DNA of 64,000 bases from Candidatus Micrarchaeota archaeon. Lineage in GTDB: Archaea; Micrarchaeota; Micrarchaeia; Anstonellales; Bilamarchaeaceae. The notes beneath the pieces were generated by a model. The model searched no databases. It was not told the origin of the DNA and was given only the letters and a program-made list of their open reading frames with translations. Position numbers and translations under genes: made by a program. The stretch is taken from contig JBDRPL010000032.1 in assembly GCA_043827025.1 (NCBI GenBank), positions 1 through 64,000 of the forward strand, written 5' to 3'. This document shows, in pieces, positions 9,794-20,208 of the stretch. Within the stretch, counting starts at the first letter, position 1. Each line of letters starts with the position of its first letter.

Positions 9794-10741
9794 TCAGTTT
9801 CCCAAAAGAGTCTTGCATTGCCCGTCTTCAAAGAACAGGCCAGATATGAATAATTTTAGGTATCCCAAATAGGGTATTCTGAAAAGCACTTTGCCCTTTA
9901 GGGTCTTTGCAGGGGTATTCCCCATTCCATATGCATACATTTGGACATCGAAAATCTGGTTGTTGTCGCCTTTAGTGACATAATATTTTTCGCCTTCGAC
10001 ATTTATTATGAATTGGGTTCTGTGCACTATATCGCCGATCTTTGAGTAGATGTCTTCTTTGCTAGGTTGATAAACAGTAATGTCTCCATCATGGTTGATT
10101 GGGTACTTTTTGCCTTTGAACCCATATTCCTTCACGCATGGGGCTTTTATGCTGCCTTCTGCGGTTTTCAGGTTGCAGGAGGAATAATATATTGTGACAG
10201 GGCCCTTTTGTTCATGATAATTACTTGGATTATTGTAGAAATCCTGGCAGGTCTTATTGACACTTATCAAGAGCTCGCCCTTTGGGCTCAATCCAAAGCA
10301 GTTGGCATAAAGCGATCCATTTAGTTTGACACCATTGTTTACCAGAACAGTTGTCTTGGAGAATTCCTCGAATTCAGTTTTGGTCATAGTTATTTCTTCT
10401 GCATTTATCTGAGATCCCTGCACTATTACAAAATCCCCACGTTCAAGATTTGGAAGCATGCTGCATGAAACTACTGCTGAGATCGGGCTTGAAGTCTGCA
10501 ATACTATACATAAGAATATCCAGAATCCAAGAGCTACGCCGAATGCGATGAGCGTATCAACTATCTCGTTTTTCCAGCCATGCTTTGTCGCACCCTGTCT
10601 AACCTCGAGTCCTACAAATATAATTATTTCCAGGACTATCATTATCCCGAAAAATATGTTCTTGGTTATTATGAAAAGAAAAAGTGTGCCTAATATTATG
10701 GCGATTTGAGCATACCATTTCTGCAACTGTTCGGCCAGCAT
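9794..10741 (-). CDS. Signal peptidase I (archaeal Sec11/S26 type) with a large insertion
   Basis: VVSCSMLPNLERGD, IVHR, TKGDNN, GKV..RIPYLG; N-terminal TM helices. Confidence 0.85.
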   Translation of the reverse strand: MLAEQLQKWYAQIAIILGTLFLFIITKNIFFGIMIVLEIIIFVGLEVRQGATKHGWKNEIVDTLIAFGVALGFWIFLCIVLQTSSPISAVVSCSMLPNLERGDFVIVQGSQINAEEITMTKTEFEEFSKTTVLVNNGVKLNGSLYANCFGLSPKGELLISVNKTCQDFYNNPSNYHEQKGPVTIYYSSCNLKTAEGSIKAPCVKEYGFKGKKYPINHDGDITVYQPSKEDIYSKIGDIVHRTQFIINVEGEKYYVTKGDNNQIFDVQMYAYGMGNTPAKTLKGKVLFRIPYLGYLKLFISGLFFEDGQCKTLLGN

Positions 10742-10748
10742 GCTCTAC

Positions 10749-11018
10749 CTATTTTTTCTTGAAATTTGAAGCGAATTCCTTGACTTCCTTGGTGGTTTCT
10801 TCAAGTGCTTCAAGCACGAGATCCATAGGCTCGTCCTTCTTGGTTTTTACGATCATGCGCTGAATTCCTGAAGTCGGATGTTCTATCTTGCATGCTGCGA
10901 ACTCTACGTTTTTGTTTGCATTCAATTTGTCTACTAGAAGCCTTAGTATTATCTGATCAACGTCCGAAACCCTGAGTTCCAGGTGCTTCTTCTCTTTTTT
11001 CAATATTTCGATTTCCAT
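10749..11018 (-). CDS. rpoL: DNA-directed RNA polymerase subunit L (Rpo11)
   Basis: VEFAACKIEHP motif and ~90-aa size. Confidence 0.85.
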   Translation of the reverse strand: MEIEILKKEKKHLELRVSDVDQIILRLLVDKLNANKNVEFAACKIEHPTSGIQRMIVKTKKDEPMDLVLEALEETTKEVKEFASNFKKK

Positions 11019-11134
11019 CAATATCACTTTTTTTTGCCATTGCTTTTATTTCGTAAAGTAATAGCTTTATATCATAAAGTTTATATTCCATTTAGTTTGC
11101 TTAGATTTAAAAAAGCCTAAGTCGAAAAGATATC

Positions 11135-12376
11135 ATGAAGCTGCCGTTACTAGTGCTTTGCATAGATAGGGATAACGACCTGTTTGAGAAAGCAAGCATT
11201 TCAGGCCCCGTATTTGGCAGGGCGAATAATATCACAGCAGCCACAAAACTATCCCTAGCTGATCCTGAGGATCCTGACTCCAATACCATCTTCTACGCAG
11301 TCAAGCTTTTTGACAAGCTCAAGAAAGATGGTATAGATGCCGAAGTAATCACACTCACCGGAGATAAGAGCCTAGGGTATGTGGCTGACCGTGCAATAAG
11401 CTTCCAGCTTGATAAAATCATCCGCGAGACTCATGCAAGTTCCTGCATACTTGTTTCTGATGGGGCGTCTGACGAGGAGATATTGCCAATCATAAAATCC
11501 AGGATAAAGGTTGACTCAACCAAGGTTGTTTTCATAAAGCAGGCCAAGGAGCTTGAGAAGACCTATTTTGTCCTTCTTGAAAAGCTCAAGGATCCTCACT
11601 ATGCTAAGATACTTCTTGGAATACCCGCATTGCTCCTATTGATATTCGGCCTTTCCAGAATGTTCGGCCTTGGGCTTGATATCATAGCCCTTACTATCTC
11701 CTTGCTGTTGTTTCTCAGGCTTTTGGGAGTGGATACATTTTTCTTCAACCTTGCCAAGGAATTCCGTTTTTCAGTTGAGAAATCCAGCTGGGTCAGCTAT
11801 GTGAGTGCAATCGCTCTTTTCATAACTGCCCTTATGATCTGCTACCAATCTTTTTTCGATGGTATGAGAAGCGGTTTCAACCAGGAAAAACTCATTGCAT
11901 ATGTGATAAGGAACACGAGTCTCCTGCTCCTTTTCTCATTTCTTCTCATACTCGTAGGCAAATCCATTGACGCGATTTCTGAAAAGAGGAAATTCATTGT
12001 TACCAAATATTCCATGTATGGCGTTGCACTGATACTCGCATTCCTTGTTTTGAAGGTTGGCAGCGACTGGGTGTTGAATCTTGAGCCTCCATATGTCAGC
12101 TTCTCAGACTTTCTGGCTACTCTTGTCCTTGCTATATTCATAGGATATGGCAGCACTTATATAATAGGTGAGATACGGTCTTCCATGGTGCAGGGTATGA
12201 AGCTGGAGGGAAAAGAAGTCATAACCCAGCAGGGTACATATTTGGGAAAGGTCATCGGAGTGGACCCAAAGACAACTTCGCTTGTTGTACAGACCATGTT
12301 TGATAAAAGATATTTCGTATCATTCGGTTCCATACTTTCAATAGGTGATAATATACTAACAAAGGCTGAAGGATAG
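11135..12376 (+). CDS. DUF373-family membrane protein with C-terminal PRC-barrel-like domain
   Basis: LVLCIDRDNDL, DPEDPDSN, SDGASDE; multiple TM helices; GKEVITQQGTYLGKV. Confidence 0.82.
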   Translation: MKLPLLVLCIDRDNDLFEKASISGPVFGRANNITAATKLSLADPEDPDSNTIFYAVKLFDKLKKDGIDAEVITLTGDKSLGYVADRAISFQLDKIIRETHASSCILVSDGASDEEILPIIKSRIKVDSTKVVFIKQAKELEKTYFVLLEKLKDPHYAKILLGIPALLLLIFGLSRMFGLGLDIIALTISLLLFLRLLGVDTFFFNLAKEFRFSVEKSSWVSYVSAIALFITALMICYQSFFDGMRSGFNQEKLIAYVIRNTSLLLLFSFLLILVGKSIDAISEKRKFIVTKYSMYGVALILAFLVLKVGSDWVLNLEPPYVSFSDFLATLVLAIFIGYGSTYIIGEIRSSMVQGMKLEGKEVITQQGTYLGKVIGVDPKTTSLVVQTMFDKRYFVSFGSILSIGDNILTKAEG

Positions 12377-12482
12377 GTGCTTAGAAGTTAGTGTGGGAAA
12401 TTGTTGTAATAGATAAATTTAAAAGTAGTTCAGTAACAGAAGCTCCTCAAAAATAATCAGTTTTTATCCTTTCTTTTCTCTA

Positions 12483-14459
12483 TCAAAACTCCTTCCTCAT
12501 CTTTGCAAGCATCGTTTTCTTTTCCTTAGTGTCCTTCAATGCATGCTCAAGGACATCCACAATCGTCTTTGCTGCAACTATCCGTATTTTCTTATCATGT
12601 CTTAGTACGTCTCCCATATTGGAACTGGGTATTATCACTTTCTTAAGCCCCATCTCTATTGCAGCAGCTATTTTTGCATTCACTCCGCCTATTGGCAAAA
12701 CGTCTCCACGAATGTCAAGCGAGCCTGTCATTCCGCATTCCTGGTTTATAGGTATTTTGGTTATTGCTGATATTACTGCAATTGCAATGCTTATACTTGC
12801 ACTGTCTCCTTCAACACCTTCATAGGTTTGTAAGAATTGAATATACATATCTTGTCGTGAAATGTCCGCACCAATATGTTTTTTAATGACAGCTGAAACA
12901 TTATTCACAGCTTCCTTTGCAATTACCCCAAGCTTTCCAGTTGCAATTACCTTTCCTTCGCTCTTTGAAGATGCAGGTGTCATCTCTGCAACTATTGGCA
13001 GAACCAAGCCTGCGCTCTGGTCAAGAACAGCAAGGCCATTCACCCTTCCGACTTCAAAACCTTTTGTCAGGACGGTCTGATATTCTTTTTTCATTTCAAT
13101 CATTTTCTTGCTTAATTGAGCTTCGATTGACATAAATATTTTCTTTGCTTCGAGCACCTGTTTCCTGTCCACTATCGGAAGATTCTGTTGCTTTGCAATG
13201 TCTCCTGCAGCCCTTACAAGGCCGCCGAGATCTCTCAAATTAAGCGTGAGTTTCTTTTTTCTTCCAGACATGTTTCTTGCATGGTCTATTATTTCAGCAA
13301 CTGCTTCTTTTGTGAAATTGGGGATTCTTTTATCCTTTCTTATTTCCTGCGCCACGAACTGCACAAGCAGATCCTCATTTTTCTTGTTGTCTTCCATACT
13401 GTCTTCTACGTAGACTTCGTAGCCTGCACCCCTTATCCTTGAGCGAAGTGCGGGATGTATCTGTTTCATGTCTTGTAAATTTCCTGCAGCAACAAGCACG
13501 AATTCAGTTGGCACAGGCCTTGTCTTCACAAGCGCTCCTGAGCCCATCTCGCTTTGGCCGGTTATCGAATATTTCTTTTCCTGCATCGCTGTTAACAATT
13601 CCTGCTGCCAGTTCCATTTCAGTGAAGCTATTTCATCTATGAATAGGACTCCTTTGTTTGCCCTTTGGATGGCTCCTGATTCCACTCTCAAATGGGCCGG
13701 AGTCCCCAAACCCCCTGATTGTAATGGATCATGTTTACAATCACCAAGAAGCGCACCTGCCTTTGTTCCTGTTGCATCTATGAACGGAGCCATCATCTGT
13801 TCTGTGTTATCAACTATCAATTTTGGAAGTATCTCTTCGAAATTTCCTGCCCTTCTTCCAAGTCCTGCAGTTGCATTAGATAATATGTAAAGCAATCCAA
13901 ATATTCCCAGTACTGCTACTATCATCCATTTGGTGTCTTCGTTTACCAGAGAGGGTGAGAGCAGGACAACAGAAATCATCACCAGGCCGATAAATAGTAT
14001 GAGTGTGTTAGTCGGAATTCCAGACGAAGAATTCTTGTCTATTGTTTTCTTGGTATTGGTTACTCTTCTTCCAAGCCCGACTTTCAATATGTTTGGTGTA
14101 TCCTCTTTTTTTGCTCCCTTGAGAATCATTATTTCTTTTTGATTATAATACCCTATCAAAGTAGGATTCTTAGTAAGGTATTCATACTCAGGATAGGTTT
14201 TTACAACCCTTATAAGTGGCTGGTTCTCATTGTTTGGATTAGGATAGACTAAAATATCTTCAAGTTCTTCTCTTGGCATTAATTCTGCCATTGCCTGTGC
14301 AAGCATGCTCTTTCCAGTTCCTGGAGGCCCTATGAGCAGAACATTCCTCTTCTGTGCAGCTGCTTTCCTTATTATATCTGCGGCCTTATCTTGCCCTATC
14401 ACTTGGTCAATGAGTTTCTTTGGGACTTCGATTTCTTCAGTTGTCTTGAATTCGCGCAT
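12483..14459 (-). CDS. lonB: Archaeal membrane-bound ATP-dependent Lon protease
   Basis: Walker [11 protein letters not shown] insertion, Walker B LFIDE, EGDSAS catalytic Ser, IGGVNAKI catalytic Lys. Confidence 0.96.
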   Translation of the reverse strand: MREFKTTEEIEVPKKLIDQVIGQDKAADIIRKAAAQKRNVLLIGPPGTGKSMLAQAMAELMPREELEDILVYPNPNNENQPLIRVVKTYPEYEYLTKNPTLIGYYNQKEIMILKGAKKEDTPNILKVGLGRRVTNTKKTIDKNSSSGIPTNTLILFIGLVMISVVLLSPSLVNEDTKWMIVAVLGIFGLLYILSNATAGLGRRAGNFEEILPKLIVDNTEQMMAPFIDATGTKAGALLGDCKHDPLQSGGLGTPAHLRVESGAIQRANKGVLFIDEIASLKWNWQQELLTAMQEKKYSITGQSEMGSGALVKTRPVPTEFVLVAAGNLQDMKQIHPALRSRIRGAGYEVYVEDSMEDNKKNEDLLVQFVAQEIRKDKRIPNFTKEAVAEIIDHARNMSGRKKKLTLNLRDLGGLVRAAGDIAKQQNLPIVDRKQVLEAKKIFMSIEAQLSKKMIEMKKEYQTVLTKGFEVGRVNGLAVLDQSAGLVLPIVAEMTPASSKSEGKVIATGKLGVIAKEAVNNVSAVIKKHIGADISRQDMYIQFLQTYEGVEGDSASISIAIAVISAITKIPINQECGMTGSLDIRGDVLPIGGVNAKIAAAIEMGLKKVIIPSSNMGDVLRHDKKIRIVAAKTIVDVLEHALKDTKEKKTMLAKMRKEF

Positions 14460-14552
14460 AGTATAATCGATATTAAATCAATAATTAGATTAAAAAAGGT
14501 TGATGCGGTTTTTAGGAAAAAAGAAGCGATTTAAACATTTTGTTATATATTA

Positions 14553-15365
14553 TTGTCCCATATGTCACAAAGACAAATCAGTTCCACAGCAATTGCCACC
14601 TCTAGATACAGGCGTTCAGTTGCAAATGGGGATCATTACTATAAACTTACTACTGGCCTTTGGATTAGGATTCCGCCAAGGGCAAGGGAAAATCCTCCGC
14701 TGTTGGAAACAAAGCTCTATTCGCCTATAAAAGGAACCAATTTTGAGCTCTGGAATTTTAATCCGGAGTCTGGTTTTTCTAGGTCAAGCGATGTATTTGC
14801 AGGGCTTTTTGCAGAGTTTACTGAATTTGGGCCTAGATTCTATTCTTCAGCTTTAACCTGCGTTCATCATATCCCATACGATTCATTTCCTGAGGGTTTT
14901 TTTATTCCAATTCCACACAAGGTAGCGACTAGATATTTAAGTTGTTATGATGAGGGCTTGAGCGAAAGGGTTTTCAGCAATGTGGTCATTAAAACAGGCG
15001 GAGGCATGTCCCTATCTATTGCAGAAGGAGGCAGATGTGACCATCCGAATGTGCAGTATTTCTTTGCAGTTTCAGATGATTTTGATTTTGAACCCTATCT
15101 GTGCCTTGTCTGCTCTGCATTTGAATTGCGAAGGATAGATCTATTGACTGCAAAAGACCATGAAGAGCACGGAAGTTTATTTCCTGTCTATCATGCCACA
15201 AGGCATTTTGAATTCGATAGCACTTTGGTATTGTACAGAGGCACATGCCTTGATGCGAAGGAACATTATCTTCTAATGTCCACTCATACAGGGGAAAGGC
15301 ATCATGATACCATAGATGTGAGGGTTTCAAAACAAGGCGAGTTCCGCTTTAGGTTTGACTACTGA
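14553..15365 (+). CDS. Hypothetical protein (orphan)
   Basis: 270-aa ORF in otherwise empty space with TATA-like atttaaac upstream; no recognisable motif. Confidence 0.6.
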   Translation: MSHMSQRQISSTAIATSRYRRSVANGDHYYKLTTGLWIRIPPRARENPPLLETKLYSPIKGTNFELWNFNPESGFSRSSDVFAGLFAEFTEFGPRFYSSALTCVHHIPYDSFPEGFFIPIPHKVATRYLSCYDEGLSERVFSNVVIKTGGGMSLSIAEGGRCDHPNVQYFFAVSDDFDFEPYLCLVCSAFELRRIDLLTAKDHEEHGSLFPVYHATRHFEFDSTLVLYRGTCLDAKEHYLLMSTHTGERHHDTIDVRVSKQGEFRFRFDY

Positions 15366-15437
15366 GTTTTTGGGAAATGATCTGCACAAAATAAGAAAGT
15401 AAGAACGAAAAATCAAATAAAAAAATTGGAAATAAAT

Positions 15438-16049
15438 CTATCGTAGGACTGGTATTGTAGGTATGCCTGCAAAGGTATCACTTAATTTATTGAAAGCATG
15501 CACTTCTCCGCCATTCAGAACGCAGAATCCTGCATATTGCCCTATTGATTCCGGACTAAAATTTGCTGAACCTAAAAATTGCACTCTGCCCTTTACATGT
15601 ATTGCGTATGGCGGAATTTGTACCAATAACTTACTATCATCCTCTCTGACCATTGCTACTTCTGGATGCAACACTAATGTGCCAGTAGCCCAGCTAAATT
15701 GATGTGGTACGGCAATAGCCATGTCTCCACTTACAACTTCTCGCCCAAAAACTTCATTTCCAGAGCATACGATTATTGTTCCAGTCAGGACTGGAGAAGT
15801 GAGTTTACTGTCGGACATCATTGCATTTTCTGCTTCTGGAAGTGATAGCAATCTTGCTTTTGCATCACTTAATTGAAATACTGTTTGCCTTACTGAGAGT
15901 TGTATTTGCCCTTCCAGACCTCCTAAGATCCGTATCATTCTACTCTTTCCGTTTAGAGTTTCTGGTTGTAATAGTTTACTAAATAATCTGTTAAGAGCTA
16001 TTGCACTTTGTTTATTTCCATTTGTTGGGGCTACACCTAATTGTTTCAT
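15438..16049 (-). CDS. Hypothetical protein (orphan)
   Basis: 203-aa ORF with GGTGA Shine-Dalgarno before the ATG. Confidence 0.65.
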   Translation of the reverse strand: MKQLGVAPTNGNKQSAIALNRLFSKLLQPETLNGKSRMIRILGGLEGQIQLSVRQTVFQLSDAKARLLSLPEAENAMMSDSKLTSPVLTGTIIVCSGNEVFGREVVSGDMAIAVPHQFSWATGTLVLHPEVAMVREDDSKLLVQIPPYAIHVKGRVQFLGSANFSPESIGQYAGFCVLNGGEVHAFNKLSDTFAGIPTIPVLR

Positions 16050-16141
16050 TTTATTTCACCACTTTATTTCATTTATGCAAACACTTTATAAACCTTATTA
16101 GTACTTTTTTGTACACAAAAGTTATAAGCTTACTTCACAAA

Positions 16142-16722
16142 ATGAGTAAGAAACATATGTATATTCTCGCCAAGCATAGAAACATATGGTATCAAAACCT
16201 GTTTCTGATCATATTGTTCATAGGTCTTTTTATCAGCGGTTGTATATACAAGCAGCCAGCTGTGCAGAACCTGCCAACTCCTGAGAATATTACAGTAGCA
16301 CCGCCTGCCAAGCAGGAAACTCCTGAAATATTCGATGTTGGAGTCAGTTCTTTAATCTGTTCTTGGACAGTTAAAACAAATGAATATGGCGTCAAGAGCG
16401 ATTGCGTCCGGATTATTGCAAAAGGAATTGTCCAAGGGCCTGTTGGGGCAAGGGTCGAGCTGCCTATTCTTTCCTGGTCAGATGATGCTTTTGATTGCGG
16501 ATTATGGATGGCATAAAACAGGAGCGCTTGTTGCAGTAGGCCATACTTGTGTTCGAAAACAAGGTCAGCCTGAAGCAATAAACTGGACTGTGGACACTGA
16601 AGGTAATGACTGCCCTCTTAAGGAGTATTTCAGCAGTAGCCGTGCTTACAGAGTTAAAATCTATAATAGCGATGATTTAGAGCCTAAAAAAGAGGATGAA
16701 AAAAAATACTGTTTGTCAGTAG
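16142..16722 (+). pseudogene. Frameshifted predicted lipoprotein
   Basis: Lipobox-like LFISGC; frame broken at ATGGATGG (16504-16511), and removing one ATGG joins the two ORF halves; an A8 run at ~16699 may carry a second +1. Confidence 0.55.
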
Positions 16723-16731
16723 TTCTTTTTG

Positions 16732-17952
16732 TCACACTATCACAATATCATTGAAAGCAATCCTTGGCGAAACCAATCCATCCCTCTCATGTCTCTCTTT
16801 TTCCAAACCTTCAATATTCCTAAACATCTCAAATATATTACCTGTAATCATGAATCCGCGTACAGGCAGCAACTCATTTCCTTTTTTGTGGAATGCAATA
16901 TTTGCCTCAACTCCGAAATCACCTGTGGTGGAGTTTGCAGTATGAGTACCATGCACTGATTTTACTAATATATAACTACCAAGTTCGTCAACTGATTTCA
17001 AATCCCCTTCTTTTATGGTAAGGGTGCAGGATGAAATCCCAGGCGGAGACATGAAATTCTGCCTTGCACAGAACCCTTCACCACTGATTCCTTCAAGGGC
17101 AGCTGTTTCTCTGTCATACATGAATCCCTTTACAACCCCATTTTCAACAAGGCTCCGTTTGCGTGATACAGTACCTTCATCATCAAAAGGTCTTGCTGAC
17201 GAGGTGAGGGAAGGGTCATCAAGTATGGTCAATTTTTCGTCAAATACCGTGGCTCCAAGTTTGTCCGAAATGTTGCTTATCTTCTTCCTTTTCCAGTCTC
17301 CAGAGAATGAAGGAAGGAGTATATTGATCAAATCCCCTATTGCATCTATATCAAACACGAGCCTATGCTTCCCTGTTTTGGGTTTCTTGGCCCCATCCAT
17401 CTTCCTGGCAGTTTCTGAAGCCTTTTCGCCTATTTCCTCCATCTTGTCTGATTTCGGAAGGAAATTCGAAGAATATATCTCAAAACCTATTCCTCTTTTC
17501 ACAGTAGCTTCTGCGTATATGCTGAACACCGTCTTATCATACGAAGCATCGACTCCAAGCTCTTCTTGTTCTAATCTTGCGGTGGATGAACTGCATGAAA
17601 GCTGTATTCTCTTATTTTCAACACCTTTCATTGAATCTTGCAATCCCTCGACCATATCTCTCAATTCATTTGCGTCTATACCATTTGCTTTTCTGTCAAC
17701 GATCTTCAGTTTGGGGTATTTCGATTTCTTCTGGAAAGAAAAATCGCTTGAAGGCGAGCATGCAGAAATTTCCTCTGCCTTCTCAATCGCCCTTTCTAAC
17801 TCATCCTCCTTTGAGCAATAAGAAAAGCCAATCTTCCTATTTTTCAATGAGCGCACACCGAAGCCCTGGGACTCACCGAATTCCTTGCGTTTGAATCTGT
17901 TTGCAAAAACTATGGAATACTCTCTCACCTTTTCAAAAAATATCTCATTCAT
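16732..17952 (-). CDS. TldD/PmbA family protein (PmbA/TldE-like)
   Basis: GFGVR..IGFSY, PFDDEG, LVENGV, HTANSTTGDF, MITGNIFEM. Confidence 0.88.
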   Translation of the reverse strand: MNEIFFEKVREYSIVFANRFKRKEFGESQGFGVRSLKNRKIGFSYCSKEDELERAIEKAEEISACSPSSDFSFQKKSKYPKLKIVDRKANGIDANELRDMVEGLQDSMKGVENKRIQLSCSSSTARLEQEELGVDASYDKTVFSIYAEATVKRGIGFEIYSSNFLPKSDKMEEIGEKASETARKMDGAKKPKTGKHRLVFDIDAIGDLINILLPSFSGDWKRKKISNISDKLGATVFDEKLTILDDPSLTSSARPFDDEGTVSRKRSLVENGVVKGFMYDRETAALEGISGEGFCARQNFMSPPGISSCTLTIKEGDLKSVDELGSYILVKSVHGTHTANSTTGDFGVEANIAFHKKGNELLPVRGFMITGNIFEMFRNIEGLEKERHERDGLVSPRIAFNDIVIV

Positions 17953-18040
17953 AGTCTAAAAACACACAGGTACATTTATAAATATTATCTTTGAATTCCT
18001 TTTATCGCCTTCGGGCAGATATTTTAATAGGTGATCAAAC

Positions 18041-18490
18041 ATGGCAAAAAAGTCCCAAGTAAGTTCTAAAGGACTAGGAGTAGGTGGTAAAATGGGAAAT
18101 GTAACTGAAGAATATGGATCCAAATATGGAGCATATCTGTTCCTTTTGGGTGTAGTAGTTGCTTTAATCGTAGGGGTTTTCTCCTCAGTGGATACAGTAA
18201 AGGCAAACCTTCCGACTATTCTTGGGGTTTTGGCATTACTAGGGTTAATTGTGGGTCTATTGAATGTGACTGCACAGGAATCTGATTCATTCCTGATTGC
18301 AACAATCGCTTTGATGGCAACTGCAACAAGCCTTGTGCCAGCGCTTTTGTTGGTATTAACCGTGACTCCTCAGTTGAGTCCTATGGTTGATGCAATAAGC
18401 GGATTGCTTTCAGCATTGGCAGTATTCGTTGCACCAGCTGCAGTAGTAGTATCTCTTAGGAGCATCTACCACTTGGCAAGCAACAGGTAA
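18041..18490 (+). CDS. Small four-TM membrane protein
   Basis: GLIVGLLNVT..E..FLIATIAL and VAPAAVVVSL; ggtgat SD upstream. Confidence 0.8.
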   Translation: MAKKSQVSSKGLGVGGKMGNVTEEYGSKYGAYLFLLGVVVALIVGVFSSVDTVKANLPTILGVLALLGLIVGLLNVTAQESDSFLIATIALMATATSLVPALLLVLTVTPQLSPMVDAISGLLSALAVFVAPAAVVVSLRSIYHLASNR

Positions 18491-18516
18491 TCCTTTCATT
18501 TTTTCTTTTCTCTTTT

Positions 18517-19050
18517 ATGCGAATTGAAAAAGACAATAGACTTATTTTTCTTGTCCTTGGTATACTAATCGGTTTTTTGGCATATCATTCTGTTTCATCA
18601 TTCTTTCCTACCTCAGTGGTTGCAGTATTCTCTCCAGGCGCACAGCAGACAATTGTTGATCTCATTGATTCTGCAGGGCAAAGCGCCTATGTGGAGATGT
18701 ATGTCTTTTCCTCAGATGAATTGATTTCTTCATTGGTCTCAGCAAAGAAAAGAGGAGTTGATGTCAGGGTAATAATGGAAAAGCACGTCATGAGCGAAGA
18801 GAATACTAGGACTTTTGAAAGACTCAAAAGCGCAGGTATAGAAGTCAGATGGGCTTCAGAGTCATTCAAGCTCACACATTCCAAATTCATCATAATCGAC
18901 AAAAAGACAGTATTGGTAGGTTCTCATAACTGGTCCAGAAGCGCACTAAACTTCAACAGAGAAGCTTCGGTCATAATAAGCAACCTTCCATTGGTTTCGG
19001 AATTCCTGAAGGTCTTTGATTCTGACTGGGAAATCGCAACTTCCTACTGA
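18517..19050 (+). CDS. Phospholipase D-family (HKD) membrane-anchored nuclease or lipase
   Basis: THSKFIIID...GSHNWS...NRE; RGVDVRVI; N-terminal TM. Confidence 0.88.
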   Translation: MRIEKDNRLIFLVLGILIGFLAYHSVSSFFPTSVVAVFSPGAQQTIVDLIDSAGQSAYVEMYVFSSDELISSLVSAKKRGVDVRVIMEKHVMSEENTRTFERLKSAGIEVRWASESFKLTHSKFIIIDKKTVLVGSHNWSRSALNFNREASVIISNLPLVSEFLKVFDSDWEIATSY

Positions 19051-19067
19051 CTAGTAAATCTAATTAG

Positions 19068-20096
19068 TCAACTGTGCTCCAGAACATACTTCCCATATAG
19101 TTTATTGAATATCCTGTAAATGCCACGCTTCACTCTTATTATGCTCCCCTTTTTTTCCATCCTGAGAAGGAGAGTAGTCACAGTATTCATGGGTTTTTTG
19201 CTTTCTTCTGAAATCTCCTTTGCACTCTTCTCCTTTTCAGCCAAAAGCCTCAGCAGTTCTCTTTCAGACTCTGACAACTCATAATATACCTTGTCGAACA
19301 TCTCTTTTGAAAGCTTTGCCATTATCGACGGCAGATGAAGCAAGTAATGGCCTTGGGTTATTATCTTTTCATTTTCCCTTAACTTTCCATAAAGGATGGA
19401 ACAGATTTCCCATATCATGAAAGGGTGGCCTTCCGAATCCCGGTATATTGTTTTTATACATTCTTCTCCCATTTTTATGTTGGTGCCTGAGAGGTATACT
19501 TCCATATAACTCCTGGTTTCCTGTTCTGTGAAAAGCTCTATTTTTATCTTTTTATCCAGATATATCTTATTACTGCAGGTTCCTGAAAATACAAACATGA
19601 ATGGCCTTTTGTTTCTCATAACTCCCTTCAGCATTTTGTCTATCTTTGCAGTCTCTCTTATCTCATTGCAGTTTTCAATCAGAAAAAGGATGCCATGTAC
19701 ATTATTTTTTATTTTGTCATATATTTTCTCTATCTTCTCATAGTTTTGCATCTTCCCTTCGATAATATGTTCAAAATATTCCCTGTTGTTCTTGGATGGG
19801 ATTTCCACAAGCATGTGCATTGCAGAGTTTGCAGTTTCCCTGATTAATCTTTCATCAAGCATTTCTTTCTTTTGCATAGCAAGATGGATCACCATGAATC
19901 TTCTTTTCTCAGCCATTTCCTCTACCTTTTCAAGGATAAAGCTCTTTCCTATTCCTTTCATTCCAACCAAACCAACTGCCTTTGGTTCGTAATATGCTGA
20001 AGATGATAAGTCTTCCTCAAGTTCCCTGAGTATGCCCTTTCTTCCTATGAATAGCCTTTTTGTTCTGAATGGGTTTTCCTGCTTCTCTTCTTTCAT
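19068..20096 (-). CDS. Archaeal STAND/AAA-type ATPase with C-terminal winged helix
   Basis: NPF..FIGRKG, Walker A GMKGIGKS, SEGHPF, C-terminal wHTH; start reassigned to ATG 20096. Confidence 0.78.
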   Translation of the reverse strand: MKEEKQENPFRTKRLFIGRKGILRELEEDLSSSAYYEPKAVGLVGMKGIGKSFILEKVEEMAEKRRFMVIHLAMQKKEMLDERLIRETANSAMHMLVEIPSKNNREYFEHIIEGKMQNYEKIEKIYDKIKNNVHGILFLIENCNEIRETAKIDKMLKGVMRNKRPFMFVFSGTCSNKIYLDKKIKIELFTEQETRSYMEVYLSGTNIKMGEECIKTIYRDSEGHPFMIWEICSILYGKLRENEKIITQGHYLLHLPSIMAKLSKEMFDKVYYELSESERELLRLLAEKEKSAKEISEESKKPMNTVTTLLLRMEKKGSIIRVKRGIYRIFNKLYGKYVLEHS

Positions 20097-20208
20097 AATC
20101 TGTTTTAAGACGTAACTATTTAAAAAACTACATTTTTTGTCGTTTTTGTCAGAACCCTCAACCCTCCAAACTATAACATTTATAAAGAGTCCAAGCAGCA
20201 ATTATATC

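Noticed and set aside
12483..14459. Intein in LonB (also considered for TopoVI, Cdc6 and SMC)
   Set aside because: Lengths are normal; the LonB insertion is the usual TM hairpin and lacks intein terminal motifs.
19047..19070. Inverted repeat tgacta..tagtca between convergent genes
   Set aside because: Only 6-bp arms, partly formed by the two stop codons; no special significance supportable.
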